Source: Candidatus Latescibacterota bacterium (lineage in GTDB: Bacteria; Latescibacterota; UBA2968; UBA8231). Taken from it: 64,000 nucleotides of DNA. Each line of letters begins with the position of its first letter. Position 1 is the first letter of the stretch. The position numbers were made by a program, and so were the translations under genes. The DNA is taken from positions 512,001 to 576,000 of the forward strand of contig OZ242318.1 in the NCBI GenBank assembly GCA_965208105.1. Reading direction: 5' to 3'. Shown here piece after piece: positions 36,420 to 47,381 of the stretch. The notes under the pieces are model-generated. The model was not told the DNA's origin and ran no database searches. It saw only the letters and a program-made list of their open reading frames with translations.

Positions 36420-37594
36420 TTTCCCTTCCTTTCCGGCGTGAAAACCCGATCGTAAAGGGCCAGGAGCTTTTGGGCTTCTCCCGCCCAGTTGAATCTGTCT
36501 TCGACCATGATCTGCCCTCGTTCCCCCTTTTCCCGGGCAACGGCGGGATGGTCGAGCAGGAACCCGATGGCCCTGGCGTGAGCCCTTGCATCCGCAGGTT
36601 CGACCAGAATGCCCCAATCCGCCTCGGCGTGAAAGGCGCGGATGGATGGCAGCGCGCTGGCAACCACCGGAATTCCACAGGCAAGGTATTCAAAAAGCTT
36701 GGTGGGGACAAACGGCCGGAGATTCTTGAGGGATACCTGGCCCGGGATCAAGCCCACCCTGCTCTCGCGAATGAGTTCCCCCAACTGTTCGTATGGCACC
36801 GGCTCCGACCGGCACACAACCCGTTCCTCAAGCCCGTACTCCTCCAGCTTCTGCAAGAACAATTTCTCGATGTTGGCAGAGTGAAACTTTCCCTGACTCA
36901 GCAGCCGTACGGCGGGATGGGTCTGCCCCAGGACCCGCATGATCTCGAGCAGAAAGATGCCTCCGCGTTCGGTAGAGAGCGAGCCCACGTGGACGAGTTC
37001 GCAGCCCATGCCGGAAGCCGATCTGCCATTGCCCGCGAACAGTTCCATGCGGGGATAGTTCTTCACGGCGGCGAAGGGACGGCGTTCGAATCGGCTTCCC
37101 TGCTCTTCCACCACCCCTACCACGGCACTGAGGCAGCGGGAAAGCCACTGCTCTCCGGCATCAACCAAAACGGACAACGGACGTCTCAACCCGTCCGGGA
37201 CCCATGGCCGCACATGAGCCACTTGCGGAAAATGCTCGTGGACGTCGTAGATCACCTTCTTGCCCCTCAACCACAAGACCACTCCAAGAAGCAGAAGTTC
37301 CGCATCGTGAAAATGGTATATGTCCGCATTGGCTCTCAAGCTCCTTTTCAATAGCCGAACGATGTTCAACAGCCGCTGGCTCAGGGATCTGGCGCGCGGA
37401 ATTGTCTCGATGCGCACCCCTCCTCTCTCACCCGCCAGCTCGGGGGCGCCCGGTCCGATGATGGTCACTTCGTAGCCTGCCTCGGCCAGGCTCATAGCCT
37501 GCTTGTAGTAGATCCTCGGATCGAGAGGGCTGTGGACATTGGTCAACTTGCAAACCCTAAGTCCCAAAAAGCACCTCCCTGCTCGCGTCACCAC
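36416..37594 (-). CDS. Glycosyltransferase family 4
   Basis: HSPLDPRIY, IYDVHEHF, PTKLFEYLACGIPVVAS; start uncertain. Confidence 0.9.
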   Translation of the reverse strand: MVTRAGRCFLGLRVCKLTNVHSPLDPRIYYKQAMSLAEAGYEVTIIGPGAPELAGERGGVRIETIPRARSLSQRLLNIVRLLKRSLRANADIYHFHDAELLLLGVVLWLRGKKVIYDVHEHFPQVAHVRPWVPDGLRRPLSVLVDAGEQWLSRCLSAVVGVVEEQGSRFERRPFAAVKNYPRMELFAGNGRSASGMGCELVHVGSLSTERGGIFLLEIMRVLGQTHPAVRLLSQGKFHSANIEKLFLQKLEEYGLEERVVCRSEPVPYEQLGELIRESRVGLIPGQVSLKNLRPFVPTKLFEYLACGIPVVASALPSIRAFHAEADWGILVEPADARAHARAIGFLLDHPAVAREKGERGQIMVEDRFNWAGEAQKLLALYDRVFTPERKGK

Positions 37595-38261
37595 AATTGA
37601 GCAACAGATCCAGCACGCTCATATTCGCCTCGAACCCGGGAAAGCACTGTGCATATTCAGGATGCCTGAAAGCGGTGAACCGGCATTCGATCCCAGCCTC
37701 GTGAAAATATCGTTCATCGAGATAATCACGGGAGCCGCCGTCGCCCGAAAGATAGACATCGCAACCGCAAACGGCTGCCATGTCGATCAGCCGCAGATTG
37801 CGCTCAGGTCTGAGGTCCAGCTCCGAACCCATGCAAATCTTCACTTCGATTCCCATTCGGCGCATGAGGTAGCGGATCATCTCCAGGTTGACGTCTACCA
37901 GACGGCGCCAGGTGTGGCGGTAGAAGCACTCGAGAAATTCGGCGTGATCCTCGAAAAAGGAGGCATTGCGGTAGTTCCAGCGCAAGGCCTCCCAGTGTTT
38001 GCGCTGCCAGGTGCTGGCAGGATCGATCTCCACCTCGCAGATGCGCTGCAGACCCCTTCCCCGGGTGAGAACTGGAACCGTCAACCACTGCCAGCCTTCC
38101 AGGGTGCGAATGCGGTTGCGATTGGTCAAGCCGTGGCGCGAGTACTGCACGTCGTCGGCGATCACCCATACGTCGGCCTGCCCGATTTTGTGGAACATGC
38201 CCAACCAGGGGAGGTAGTTGGGCTGGTGCGCCGCCAGCACCCGGCTCACGACAGTACCCAT
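37557..38261 (-). CDS. WbqC-like family protein
   Basis: AAHQPNYLPWLG, DDVQY, NRNRI, YLSGDGG, MSVLDLL. Confidence 0.88.
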   Translation of the reverse strand: MGTVVSRVLAAHQPNYLPWLGMFHKIGQADVWVIADDVQYSRHGLTNRNRIRTLEGWQWLTVPVLTRGRGLQRICEVEIDPASTWQRKHWEALRWNYRNASFFEDHAEFLECFYRHTWRRLVDVNLEMIRYLMRRMGIEVKICMGSELDLRPERNLRLIDMAAVCGCDVYLSGDGGSRDYLDERYFHEAGIECRFTAFRHPEYAQCFPGFEANMSVLDLLLNCGDASREVLFGT

Positions 38262-38875
38262 CGCAGAACATCGAAGGCCTCGGCGTAGTCCACCGAGATC
38301 TGGCCGCCGCGGCTCCGCGCCCAGCTCCAGATGAAATCCTCCTTGCTGTAGGGCCGTTGCTGCTGGGACCTGTAGCACTTGAGGGCTTCGATCTTGGTGC
38401 GCACGTGATCTTCGCGCAGCACGACGAAATGCCGGTAGTCGAAGCTCAGGTTGTTCCAGGGAAGTTCGTATCCCAGGACTGTGACCATCTTGAAGGCCCT
38501 CAGGCCTTCCATGTAGACCGTCTGGTGGTCCTGGTGCAGATCCTGGCTGCTGGGCAGAAAGACCACCGCCGGATCTATCTCCTTTTTGAGGCGCACCAAC
38601 TCCTCGAGAATCTCCTGGCGCACGTGAGGAAGATGGCGGACTGCGTATTTGTAGACCAGGAGATTCTCTGGAGGGATCCCCAGAATACGGGTACCCGCCC
38701 TGACCTCCCGCTCGAGAATGTCAGGGGGAAACTGTTCGGGCACGGACTCCTCGGCGGTGGAGAAAGCCACGTAGAATACTTCCCTGCCCTCTTCGATAAA
38801 ACGCCTTATGGTTCCGCCACAACCGAACTCGCCATCGTCCGTATGGGGCGCAAGGACAAGTATCCTGTGGTTCAT
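38246..38875 (-). CDS. PIG-L family deacetylase
   Basis: APHTDDGEFGCGG, DLHQDH, YRSQ. Confidence 0.9.
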   Translation of the reverse strand: MNHRILVLAPHTDDGEFGCGGTIRRFIEEGREVFYVAFSTAEESVPEQFPPDILEREVRAGTRILGIPPENLLVYKYAVRHLPHVRQEILEELVRLKKEIDPAVVFLPSSQDLHQDHQTVYMEGLRAFKMVTVLGYELPWNNLSFDYRHFVVLREDHVRTKIEALKCYRSQQQRPYSKEDFIWSWARSRGGQISVDYAEAFDVLRWVLS

Positions 38876-39108
38876 CGAAGTTCCTCGAACTGCACTCGAA
38901 GAAAATGGCTGACGCCGCTTTGCGGACCTCCCGCCTCGCTCCTGTATCCCCGGATACGGCTACTCACAGAGCTAAAAAATATGCAGCCTGTCCATTGAGG
39001 CAAAAGAGGCGCCTCCCGCAGGATGGAGCCCGGCGGACTCACAGGGTCTCGTCCTCGGTCGAATCTATTCTCCCGTCCATGGCATCGGGGAGGCCCCGCC
39101 GCCGCAGG

Positions 39109-39984
39109 TCATGGGGATTCATCCAGGAGCCGTCGCAGATAGGCGCAGTAGGGATTCTCGTCTGAATGAGCCGCCACTTCGAGAACTTGATCGCGGGTGA
39201 TGTAGCCTTTTCTGAAGGCGATCTCTTCCAGACAGGCGATCTTGAGGCCCTGGCGGTGCTCGATGGTCTGGACGAAATTGCTGGCCTCCAGCAGGCTTTC
39301 GTGGGTACCTGTATCGAACCAGGCAAATCCTCGGCCCAGCACCTGTGCCCGCAGCTGCCGGCGATCGAGATAGACATTGTTGAGATCGGTGATTTCAAGC
39401 TGACCCCGGGCCGACGGCCTCAGCGACCTGGCAATCTCCACCACCTGCTCGTCGTAGAAATAGAGCCCCGTCTGGGCGTAGCTGGACCTCGGACTGCGCG
39501 GCTTCTCCTCGATGCTGAGGACATCCAAGTCCCCGTCGAACTCCACCACTCCATAACGTTCGGGATCGCGAACCTTGTAGGCAAATACCAGGCCCCCCTG
39601 CCTAAGCTTTCCCGCCTCTTCCATGATCTCCGTGAGCCCGTGCCCGTAGAACAGGTTGTCGCCGAAAATCAAAGCGCAGGGCCCGCCCTTGACGAAGTCG
39701 GCGCCGATGAGAATGGCCTGCGCCACGCCGCCGTCGGCCTTTTCCTGGACGGTGTAGCTGCATTGCAGACCCAGCCGGCTGCCATCGCCGAAAAGCTGCT
39801 CGTACAAGCCGATGTGCTGTGGGGTCGAGATGATCAGGTACTCCCTTATCCCCGCCAGCATGAGGACGGACAGGGGATAGTAGATCATGGGCTTGTCGAA
39901 AACCGGGATAATTTGTTTGGAAAGAGAAATGGTCTGGGGGTACAGACGGGTGCCGAGACCTCCGGCGAGAATTATCCCCTTCAT
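39109..39984 (-). CDS. rfbA: Glucose-1-phosphate thymidylyltransferase
   Basis: MKGIILAGGLGTRLYP, SKQIIPVFDKPMIYYP, EEKP, RGFAWFDTGT. Confidence 0.95.
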   Translation of the reverse strand: MKGIILAGGLGTRLYPQTISLSKQIIPVFDKPMIYYPLSVLMLAGIREYLIISTPQHIGLYEQLFGDGSRLGLQCSYTVQEKADGGVAQAILIGADFVKGGPCALIFGDNLFYGHGLTEIMEEAGKLRQGGLVFAYKVRDPERYGVVEFDGDLDVLSIEEKPRSPRSSYAQTGLYFYDEQVVEIARSLRPSARGQLEITDLNNVYLDRRQLRAQVLGRGFAWFDTGTHESLLEASNFVQTIEHRQGLKIACLEEIAFRKGYITRDQVLEVAAHSDENPYCAYLRRLLDESP

Positions 39985-40051
39985 GAACACTACCTCATTC
40001 TATGGTTTGGGTGGCCCCAAATCCTGGACACCGCCCGTGAAGGCGCACCGA

Positions 40052-40945
40052 TCAGCCGACAGTGCCGAATTTCGGGGTGGTGAAGCGCAGGTGGGTGTGG
40101 CCGCGCGCCAGGATATGCTGATAATTGGCCGCTCCATCCTTGAATGCTCCGTGTCCCCACGGGACCCAGGAGCGGGCGTTGCAATAGTGGTTCACGAATG
40201 CCCTGCGCCAGCGTTCACGGCTTCGGTTCGGATGCGAGCGGTGGAGGAGATGCGAATGAAAAAAGACCACGTCACCCGGGTCCACCACCACTGGCAGCGA
40301 CGACTCGTACCTCTCTGCAACCCTCGACAGGGTGTTGACCCCGTCGTCCAGGTCACTGGCCTTCTCCACCGTATCCAGGTCCTCGAAGACTCCTTCCGCG
40401 TGAATCAGACTGCCGCGCTCGCGGTCCGGATAAACGGGCTCGTGGTTGGATCCCGGCACCACCCACAGGCAACCAGTCTCCTCATCGGCCCTGTCCAGGG
40501 CCAGCCAGGCGCCCACCAGGGAATCGGGATAGGTGGTGATGTAGAAGGAATCCTGGTGCCATCCCTGGCCTCCCATCCCTGGTCCGTTGAAGAATAGCAT
40601 GGTCTGCAAAGCTAGGACGTCAGGCCCCACCAGCGCCTCCACCACGTCCAGGATCCGGGGATGCAGCAAAAATCGCTCGCTCAACGGATCGCGCCGGTGC
40701 AGCATGTGAACCCTCGCAACCCTCCGGCGCAATTCCTCCAGGCTGGCTCCTGGTTCTGGCGGCTCCATCCCTTCCATTCGCACCCGGCCTTCCAGTAAAT
40801 CCATGGCGTGGTCCTTCAGCTCACCCACCTCATCCTGCTCTACCAGAGCGGGAACCACGAGGAATCCATTTCTCTGGTATTCCCTGTACTGGCGCACCGC
40901 CACTTTGTAGCGGTCGATTCTCTCCCCTGCCACCGATTTGTACAT
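40052..40945 (-). CDS. Phytanoyl-CoA dioxygenase (PhyH) family protein
   Basis: WHQD, LWVVPGSN, FHSHLLHRSHPN...RR. Confidence 0.9.
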   Translation of the reverse strand: MYKSVAGERIDRYKVAVRQYREYQRNGFLVVPALVEQDEVGELKDHAMDLLEGRVRMEGMEPPEPGASLEELRRRVARVHMLHRRDPLSERFLLHPRILDVVEALVGPDVLALQTMLFFNGPGMGGQGWHQDSFYITTYPDSLVGAWLALDRADEETGCLWVVPGSNHEPVYPDRERGSLIHAEGVFEDLDTVEKASDLDDGVNTLSRVAERYESSLPVVVDPGDVVFFHSHLLHRSHPNRSRERWRRAFVNHYCNARSWVPWGHGAFKDGAANYQHILARGHTHLRFTTPKFGTVG

Positions 40946-41251
40946 CGGGTGTCCCCTGCCTTGCCTTGCGATTTCGACGGCGGCAATCCGGGCTGGAACC
41001 GGCGCCGGCGCCCAAGACGGTTTTTAATCTAAACAAAATTCTGCAGGGGTGGAGCCCGGACGGGCGCGGTTTGCCGGGATCTGACGTCATCCCATATATT
41101 CTTCACCCGCTGCCTGCGGTCCCTTAGGAACTGCCCCCAGCCCCAATCACCATGTATGGAATCGGGATCGAAACAGCAACCCGCGGCAGCCGCATAGCCT
41201 GACAGATCCCGGCGCTAACCTTTCAGAGGCGAACCTCTCTACAGGGAAATA

Positions 41252-42319
41252 ATGTACTCATACCAGCGGCTCAAATCCTTTGCGCGATCGATTTTTTGCA
41301 AAATCGGCTGCCCTGAAAATGACGCGGAATCGGCCGCTGATTCCCTGCTCGCGGCCGATCTGCGCGGCGTCGATTCTCATGGCGTCGCCCGCCTTTCGGG
41401 CTATGTGCGCCTTTGGGAAATCGGACGGATCAACCCCAGGCCTGAAACTAAACTGGTTCACCAGACACCCAGCACCGCGGTAGTGGACGGAGACAGGGGG
41501 CTGGGCCTGGTGGTCGCACCTCGCGCCATGGAAATCGCCGTGGAAAAGGCCTCCGCCTGCGGCAGCGGCTGGGTTGCGGTGAGAAACGGCACCCATTTCG
41601 GTATTGCCGGCTACCATGCCATGATCGCCCTAAAAAACGACATGGTGGGTCTGGCCATGACCAATGCCACCCCGACTACCGCCCCCACTTTTTCCACCGA
41701 GAGACTGCTGGGAACCAATCCGATTGCCGTGGCAGTCCCCGCCGGCGACGAGCCTCCCTTCGTGGCTGACTTCGCGACCACCACGGCAGCACACGGCAAG
41801 CTTGAAATTCTCCAACGGCAGGGAGAGAGCGCCCCGCTTGGCTGGGTCCAGGACAGCAGGGGGCGTCCGACTGCCGATCCGCATGCTTTGCGGCACGGAG
41901 GCGCCTTGCTTCCGCTGGGCGGAGACCCCGAACACGGGAGCCACAAGGGTTTCTGTCTGGGGTCCACAGTCGACATCCTCTCGGCGGTTCTTTCCGGCGC
42001 CAACTATGGTCCCTGGGCGCCGGCATTCGGAGGCTTCCTGGCCACTGCAGAGGAGGAGGTGGGCGCGGGTCTGGGCCATTTTCTGGGAGCTCTGCGCATC
42101 GATGCCTTCAGGCCCGCGGGCGAGTTCAAAACCCATATGGACGGTTGGATAAGGAGATTCAGGAGTTCGGCCACCGTTCAGGGCCAGGACCGGGTGGTGA
42201 TTCCCGGAGACCCGGAAAGGGAATGCGAAAAGAAAAGAATCAAGGAGGGAATTCCCCTGGACCCGGAGGTGGAGCAGGATTTAAGGGAGTTGGCCGAGAA
42301 GTTCAAGGTCGAACTATAA
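41252..42319 (+). CDS. Ldh_2 family malate/L-lactate dehydrogenase
   Basis: ADLRGVDSHG, HFGIAGY, LGTNPIA, HKGFCL, IPGDPE. Confidence 0.93.
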   Translation: MYSYQRLKSFARSIFCKIGCPENDAESAADSLLAADLRGVDSHGVARLSGYVRLWEIGRINPRPETKLVHQTPSTAVVDGDRGLGLVVAPRAMEIAVEKASACGSGWVAVRNGTHFGIAGYHAMIALKNDMVGLAMTNATPTTAPTFSTERLLGTNPIAVAVPAGDEPPFVADFATTTAAHGKLEILQRQGESAPLGWVQDSRGRPTADPHALRHGGALLPLGGDPEHGSHKGFCLGSTVDILSAVLSGANYGPWAPAFGGFLATAEEEVGAGLGHFLGALRIDAFRPAGEFKTHMDGWIRRFRSSATVQGQDRVVIPGDPERECEKKRIKEGIPLDPEVEQDLRELAEKFKVEL

Positions 42320-42455
42320 AGCACCAGGCGACCCGGGTGGCGGTGGCACGAGCTCCGGACCTGTCAGTCCCCGTGTCCTCCCTCCCCACCGCGACGGCCG
42401 AATCGATCCTCGCAAAGATCACCATACTTTTTGAACTTATTCGTGGGACACAACA

Positions 42456-44018
42456 CTATACCTGGTAGGCGAACACCTTGGCGCGGAACATCCTGATCCG
42501 CATGCAGATGGTATCTCCCACGCTGGAGATGTCGCTCCGTCCGTTCCAGGTCACGACCTTCTCGCTTTCGTCACCGAGGATCCAGTCACATTCCGCAAAA
42601 GTCAGGCCCGGCCTACCCTCTGCATCGGGGTATTTTCGCGACGGCACCGAATTCAGCACCTCCACCTTGATCCACCCTCCGTTCTCGCAGCGATAGTTCA
42701 GGCGCAGCTCGCTCCTGGTGCGCCTGAGGGTCGGAACCGTGAAACGCCCCTCGGTTGCAGCGGCGATGCCGCAGAACCGCAGCGGCTCCCAGCGCGCCCA
42801 GCGCATCTGCAGCGGTTCCCGGTCCATCGGCATGCCCGGATGGAACCCATTGTGCAGACTGGTGCCTCCGACAAACGGCACCGCCCAGAAACCGTCCGGC
42901 AGCTCCACAATCCCTCCCTGGGCATATACCGCGCCTTCGCATCCGCTTCCCGCCGCACCGACGGGTACCGCCGCCCGGCGCTCGGGGCGGTCCCAGATAA
43001 GGCCGTCGCGGCTGAATGCGATCTGGTTGTCCACGTGGCCGCTGATCTGATCGAAGACGTGCACCAGCATGCAGTGAATCCCCATGCTGCCAGGGAAGGG
43101 AAAGTAGAATCCACCGTAGAACGATACCTGGGGCCCGTCGTGGGCATCGGGATGGAGAACCAGCTTGGGCGGCGGCCAATCGCAGAAATCACGGGTGCGG
43201 GTAAAGCCTATGCAGCGCCGAGCCGAGTCCCGCTCCGGAGTACTGTGGGCAAGGGTCTGAAACTCGCCCTGCTCCAATCCATGCACCCGGACATAGGTAA
43301 AGTAGGTGCTGGTCTCCGGCTCGAAGGTGGGATTGCCTCCGGTCCCGTCGGAGGGCATGTTGGCGACGGGGCGCTCGATCGGGGTCCAGTGCATGGCGTC
43401 GGGGGAGGTATAACCGCGGACAAACGCCCGCATCACCATCCGTGGCCCCTTGTAGTCACTTCCCCCGAACTGCATCTCTCCCATGCGCTTCAGACCTTCT
43501 TCGCCCTCCAGCTCCTCCCCCGTGTCCGGGTCGAACATGCCTGCCACTTCCACCATTCCCTTGAAGCGCTCCCGGGGTGGAGCATGGGGGTCCTTCATCA
43601 CGGGGCCGACGCACTGGTCGCAGATCAGGTTGTTCCTGGTCGAACCCCCGAACTCGATCCTGCCGATTTCTGGCAGAGTCCAGTCGTAGCCGTCCTCGCT
43701 TTGAGCGTAGGCGGTGCCACCGGTGTCGCGGTAGAGGATGCGGTAGAGGCCATCCTCCTTCCACGCGTACAGCGGCAGCAGTCCCCCCTGGCGATCGGAT
43801 GTCTCGGCAAAGAGCACCGGTGAGACCTTCGCCTCCTCCACCTGCAGCCGAATTCCGGCCGGAGAATCGAAAAGCCCGAACTGGCCGTGGCGGTCCTTCC
43901 AGCGGTTTCCCGCATAAACGTCGAACCAGTCGATCAGGGGATGCCATTCTCCCGAGTTTTCCCTGGCCTCGCGCCCGAACGGCGCTCCCGGCAGCATAAC
44001 TTTCTCTTTTTCGGTCAC
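42456..44018 (-). CDS. Hypothetical protein, glycoside hydrolase-like beta-propeller
   Basis: Asp-box-like motifs (SEDGYDW, SPDAMHW, SRDGLIW); GTG start after AGGAG. Confidence 0.6.
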   Translation of the reverse strand: MTEKEKVMLPGAPFGREARENSGEWHPLIDWFDVYAGNRWKDRHGQFGLFDSPAGIRLQVEEAKVSPVLFAETSDRQGGLLPLYAWKEDGLYRILYRDTGGTAYAQSEDGYDWTLPEIGRIEFGGSTRNNLICDQCVGPVMKDPHAPPRERFKGMVEVAGMFDPDTGEELEGEEGLKRMGEMQFGGSDYKGPRMVMRAFVRGYTSPDAMHWTPIERPVANMPSDGTGGNPTFEPETSTYFTYVRVHGLEQGEFQTLAHSTPERDSARRCIGFTRTRDFCDWPPPKLVLHPDAHDGPQVSFYGGFYFPFPGSMGIHCMLVHVFDQISGHVDNQIAFSRDGLIWDRPERRAAVPVGAAGSGCEGAVYAQGGIVELPDGFWAVPFVGGTSLHNGFHPGMPMDREPLQMRWARWEPLRFCGIAAATEGRFTVPTLRRTRSELRLNYRCENGGWIKVEVLNSVPSRKYPDAEGRPGLTFAECDWILGDESEKVVTWNGRSDISSVGDTICMRIRMFRAKVFAYQV

Positions 44019-44047
44019 GATTTCTCCTGGTTTCCGGGAAGCCGGTG

Positions 44048-45307
44048 TCAGTTCCGGCGCTGAAGAATGGCGAAGTGGACCTCGGAGTAATCCCGGGAGA
44101 AGCAGCCGGTTCCCTTGACCCCGCGGGTCCAGGTCAGCGCCGGCGCCTCGGGCGCCTCCTGGTGAAAGCTCGAAACCATCTCCAGGGAGGGCTGCCAGCA
44201 GGGCAGCCGATCTCCGCGCCTGGAGATCTGGCTGGCGCTGAAGTTGCGCCCGCCGTCCTCCGAAAACAGGAGCACCACCTCGGCGCCATCCGATCCCCAA
44301 TCGCCCACCTTAGCCGATGTCTGCAGGGCGATGTAGAGGCCGCCGTGGCGATCGAAGGTGAGCGTGCCGTCGGCGGCGATGAACCCCTCCGGCCTGACCT
44401 GGCGCACCTCCTCCAGAAGGAGCCTCCTGTTCCAGCAGCGGCCATCGTGCCACAGGAGCAGGGCGTCGCCGTCCTCCCGGTCCACTACGATGGTGTAGGG
44501 GCGGTCGCTGCTGTCGCATGCCACGTTGGTGACCCTGATGTATCCCTGCTCCACCTCTTCGAGGACCTCGAAAGTATTCTTTCCAGTTGGAATGGGAACC
44601 TGCTCGCCGTCGCTTCTGGTCCAGGTGGATCCGGCGCTTTCGGAGCGCAGATAGCCGACCCGAAGACCGCGCTCGACCGGGTGTCCTTCAATCATGTGAA
44701 AAACCATGTGAATACGGTTGCGGCGGTCGATGCACAGCGAGTTGCCGTACTGGGTGTAGCCGTAGGGCTCCTCGGTGCGCACGAGCTCGGCGGCGGGCAG
44801 CCAGTCTCCCCCCTCTGCGCGGGCGCGCTGGTACATCAGGTGGGAAGCGGGGGCGTGCTCCATCCATTCGACCTTGGAGGCGCAGCCGCGGTAGGCCAGG
44901 TGCAACTGGTCGTCGCGGTCGCAGACGAGGCTGGGATAGGTGGGCCCGTCGCCGACGGGCCTGTAGTGCTGCCACTCCGACTGATCCATCGGGTCGCGGC
45001 TTCGGCGGTGTTGAAAGGGACTGAAGCCATGGGAACCGGTGACCACGTGGAGGTAGCCGGAACTGTCCATGGCGAGGGCGGGACCGCAGTGATTGTCCAC
45101 CCCGCAGCCCACGGTGTCGGTGTCGCTCCAGTCGCCGGTGGCGCGGTCGAGGGTTTTGATCTGGTTGGCGGCGAGATAATCCTGCCAGGTGACGAAGGTC
45201 CTGCCCTCCTGGGTCAGGATCTTGCTGGTCCAGTTGTAGAGGGTCGCCCTGGTGGATCCTCTCGTCGAAAGGAGGGTGTGGGAAACAAGGTCTACGGCCG
45301 TGGACAT
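44048..45307 (-). CDS. BNR-4 repeat (sialidase-like propeller) protein
   Basis: DNHCGPALAMDSSGYLHV, TYPSL, SEDGGRNF. Confidence 0.75.
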   Translation of the reverse strand: MSTAVDLVSHTLLSTRGSTRATLYNWTSKILTQEGRTFVTWQDYLAANQIKTLDRATGDWSDTDTVGCGVDNHCGPALAMDSSGYLHVVTGSHGFSPFQHRRSRDPMDQSEWQHYRPVGDGPTYPSLVCDRDDQLHLAYRGCASKVEWMEHAPASHLMYQRARAEGGDWLPAAELVRTEEPYGYTQYGNSLCIDRRNRIHMVFHMIEGHPVERGLRVGYLRSESAGSTWTRSDGEQVPIPTGKNTFEVLEEVEQGYIRVTNVACDSSDRPYTIVVDREDGDALLLWHDGRCWNRRLLLEEVRQVRPEGFIAADGTLTFDRHGGLYIALQTSAKVGDWGSDGAEVVLLFSEDGGRNFSASQISRRGDRLPCWQPSLEMVSSFHQEAPEAPALTWTRGVKGTGCFSRDYSEVHFAILQRRN

Positions 45308-45573
45308 GGGCTCAACTCCTGGGCAGCGGGGCGGTTGAGTGGTGGCTGCGGACCAGCCCCGCGGCCTGGAACAGGTAAGGTATCAACCCATACCAGGCAA
45401 GCGGGCAATACCGGAAGCAGGGGAATTATACAGGCAGCATTACACCTGGTCAAGGAGATGGGGCCGGTGGTCCGCACATTCAGGGAGAGGTAGCCCCGCA
45501 TCTTGCAGCCGGGTTGGGGCCTGGGTATTTTACCCCTTCCCGCACACCCGATAGAGGACAGAGGAAAGAGGAA

Positions 45574-47373
45574 ATGTCTGATTTTACCACCCGACCGGTC
45601 ATCATGGGCACCCGCGGGCTCGTTGCCTCGGGCCACTACCTGGCCACCGCCGCCGGCTTCCGGATCATGGAGCAGGGTGGCAACGCCATCGACGCGGCGG
45701 CGGCCATGTGCTTCTGCCTCAATCTCCTCGAGCCCCAGAGCAACGGCATCGGTGGAGAGGTCCCGACCCTTGTCTTCTCCGCCGAGGAGAATAAGGCATT
45801 TGCCGTCAGCGGCATGGGCTGGTCGCCCATGGCCTTCACCACGGACTGGTGCCGCGAGCACGGCATCGACCTCATTCCGGGAGACGGCTACCTGCCGGCC
45901 TGCGTCCCAGCGGTGGTGGGAACCTGGGCAGTGGCGGTGGCGCGCTTCGGCACCATGAGCTTCGCCCAGGTCCTGCAGCCGGCCATCGAGCTGGCCCGAA
46001 ACGGGTTTCCGATATACCCGGGCCTGCACCAGACGCTGGCGAATCTGCAGGCCAGGTTCACAGAGCGCTATCCCACCAGCGCCGAGATCTACTGCCCGGG
46101 GGGAAGGGTGCCGCAGGTCGGCGAGATCCTGCGCAACGCCGACCTGGCGGGGGTCCTGGAGCAGATGTGCAGAGCAGAGGAAGGGGCGGGGCACAAGGGC
46201 CGGGTTGCCGGGATCGAGGCGGCCTGCGCCATGTTCTACCGGGGTGAGATCGCCGCCGCCATGGTCGATTTCATCAGCGCCAATCCGGTGGAGGACGCCA
46301 GCGGCTCGGCCCACGCGGGGCTGCTCTCCTGCGATGATTTGGCGGCGTGGGAGGCCCGGGTGGAGGATCCCCTCGTCTTCAACTATCGCGGCCTGGACGT
46401 CTGCAAGTGCCCGTCGTGGACCCAGGGACCGGTGTTCCTGCAGCAGCTGGCCATGCTGCAGGGATTCGATCTGCAAGAAATGGGCCACAACTCCACCGAG
46501 TATCTGCACACCTGCATCGAGTGCGCCAAGCTCGCCTATGCCGACCGCGAGGCCTACTACGGTGACCCGGTCTTCGACGAAGTCCCCCTGGATGTCCTGC
46601 TGTCACCGGAATACGGCGCTGAGCGGCGCCAGCTTATAGGAGCCGAGGCTTCCGGACTGATGCGGCCGGGCGACACCGGGGGCGGGGTGCCCTCCCATGC
46701 ACTGGAGGAGGTGGCCGATGACAACCGCCGCGCCCTGGAGCTGGAGGCGCGCCAGGTGCGCGACCTCGGCATAGGCCATGCCCACATGGGGGACACCACC
46801 CATCTGGACGCCGTGGACCGGCAGGGCAACATGGTGGCGGCGACCCCGAGCGGAGGCTGGATCGGAACTTCCCCCGTGATCGAAGGACTGGGATTCCCGC
46901 TGGGCACGCGGGGACAGATGTTCTACCTCAACCCCCGGCGGCCCAACGCCCTCGAGCCGCGCAAGCGCCCGCGTGCCACCCTGACCCCTTCCCTGGTGTT
47001 GCGGGACGGACAACCCTTCATGGTTTTCGGCACCCCGGGCGGCGATATCCAGGACCAGGTGACCCTGCAGTTTTTCCTGAACTACGTCGAGTTCGGCATG
47101 AACCTCCAGGAGGCCCTGGACGCGCCGACGGCCTACACCGCCCACTTCCCCTCTTCCTTCTATCCGCGCCGGGCATTTCCCGGAAAGGTCGTGGTCGAGG
47201 GGCGAATCGATCCCGGGGTGGTCGCCGGGCTGGCACGCCGCGGCCACCAGGTAGAGGTGGGAGGCGACTGGTCACAGGGCAAGGTCATGGGTATCCGCTG
47301 CGACCGCGACCGCGGGGTCATGGAGGGAGGGGTGTCCCCCAGGGGCAACATTGGCTACGCCCTGGGCTGGTAG
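45574..47373 (+). CDS. ggt: Gamma-glutamyltransferase family protein
   Basis: GGNAIDAA, GDTTHLDAVD (Thr nucleophile), FGTPGGD. Confidence 0.92.
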   Translation: MSDFTTRPVIMGTRGLVASGHYLATAAGFRIMEQGGNAIDAAAAMCFCLNLLEPQSNGIGGEVPTLVFSAEENKAFAVSGMGWSPMAFTTDWCREHGIDLIPGDGYLPACVPAVVGTWAVAVARFGTMSFAQVLQPAIELARNGFPIYPGLHQTLANLQARFTERYPTSAEIYCPGGRVPQVGEILRNADLAGVLEQMCRAEEGAGHKGRVAGIEAACAMFYRGEIAAAMVDFISANPVEDASGSAHAGLLSCDDLAAWEARVEDPLVFNYRGLDVCKCPSWTQGPVFLQQLAMLQGFDLQEMGHNSTEYLHTCIECAKLAYADREAYYGDPVFDEVPLDVLLSPEYGAERRQLIGAEASGLMRPGDTGGGVPSHALEEVADDNRRALELEARQVRDLGIGHAHMGDTTHLDAVDRQGNMVAATPSGGWIGTSPVIEGLGFPLGTRGQMFYLNPRRPNALEPRKRPRATLTPSLVLRDGQPFMVFGTPGGDIQDQVTLQFFLNYVEFGMNLQEALDAPTAYTAHFPSSFYPRRAFPGKVVVEGRIDPGVVAGLARRGHQVEVGGDWSQGKVMGIRCDRDRGVMEGGVSPRGNIGYALGW

Positions 47374-47381
47374 GGCGAGGC

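Noticed and set aside
41160-41250. AACCTTTCAG resembling part of a glycine riboswitch upstream of the Ldh_2 gene
   Set aside because: The other conserved elements and stems are not found
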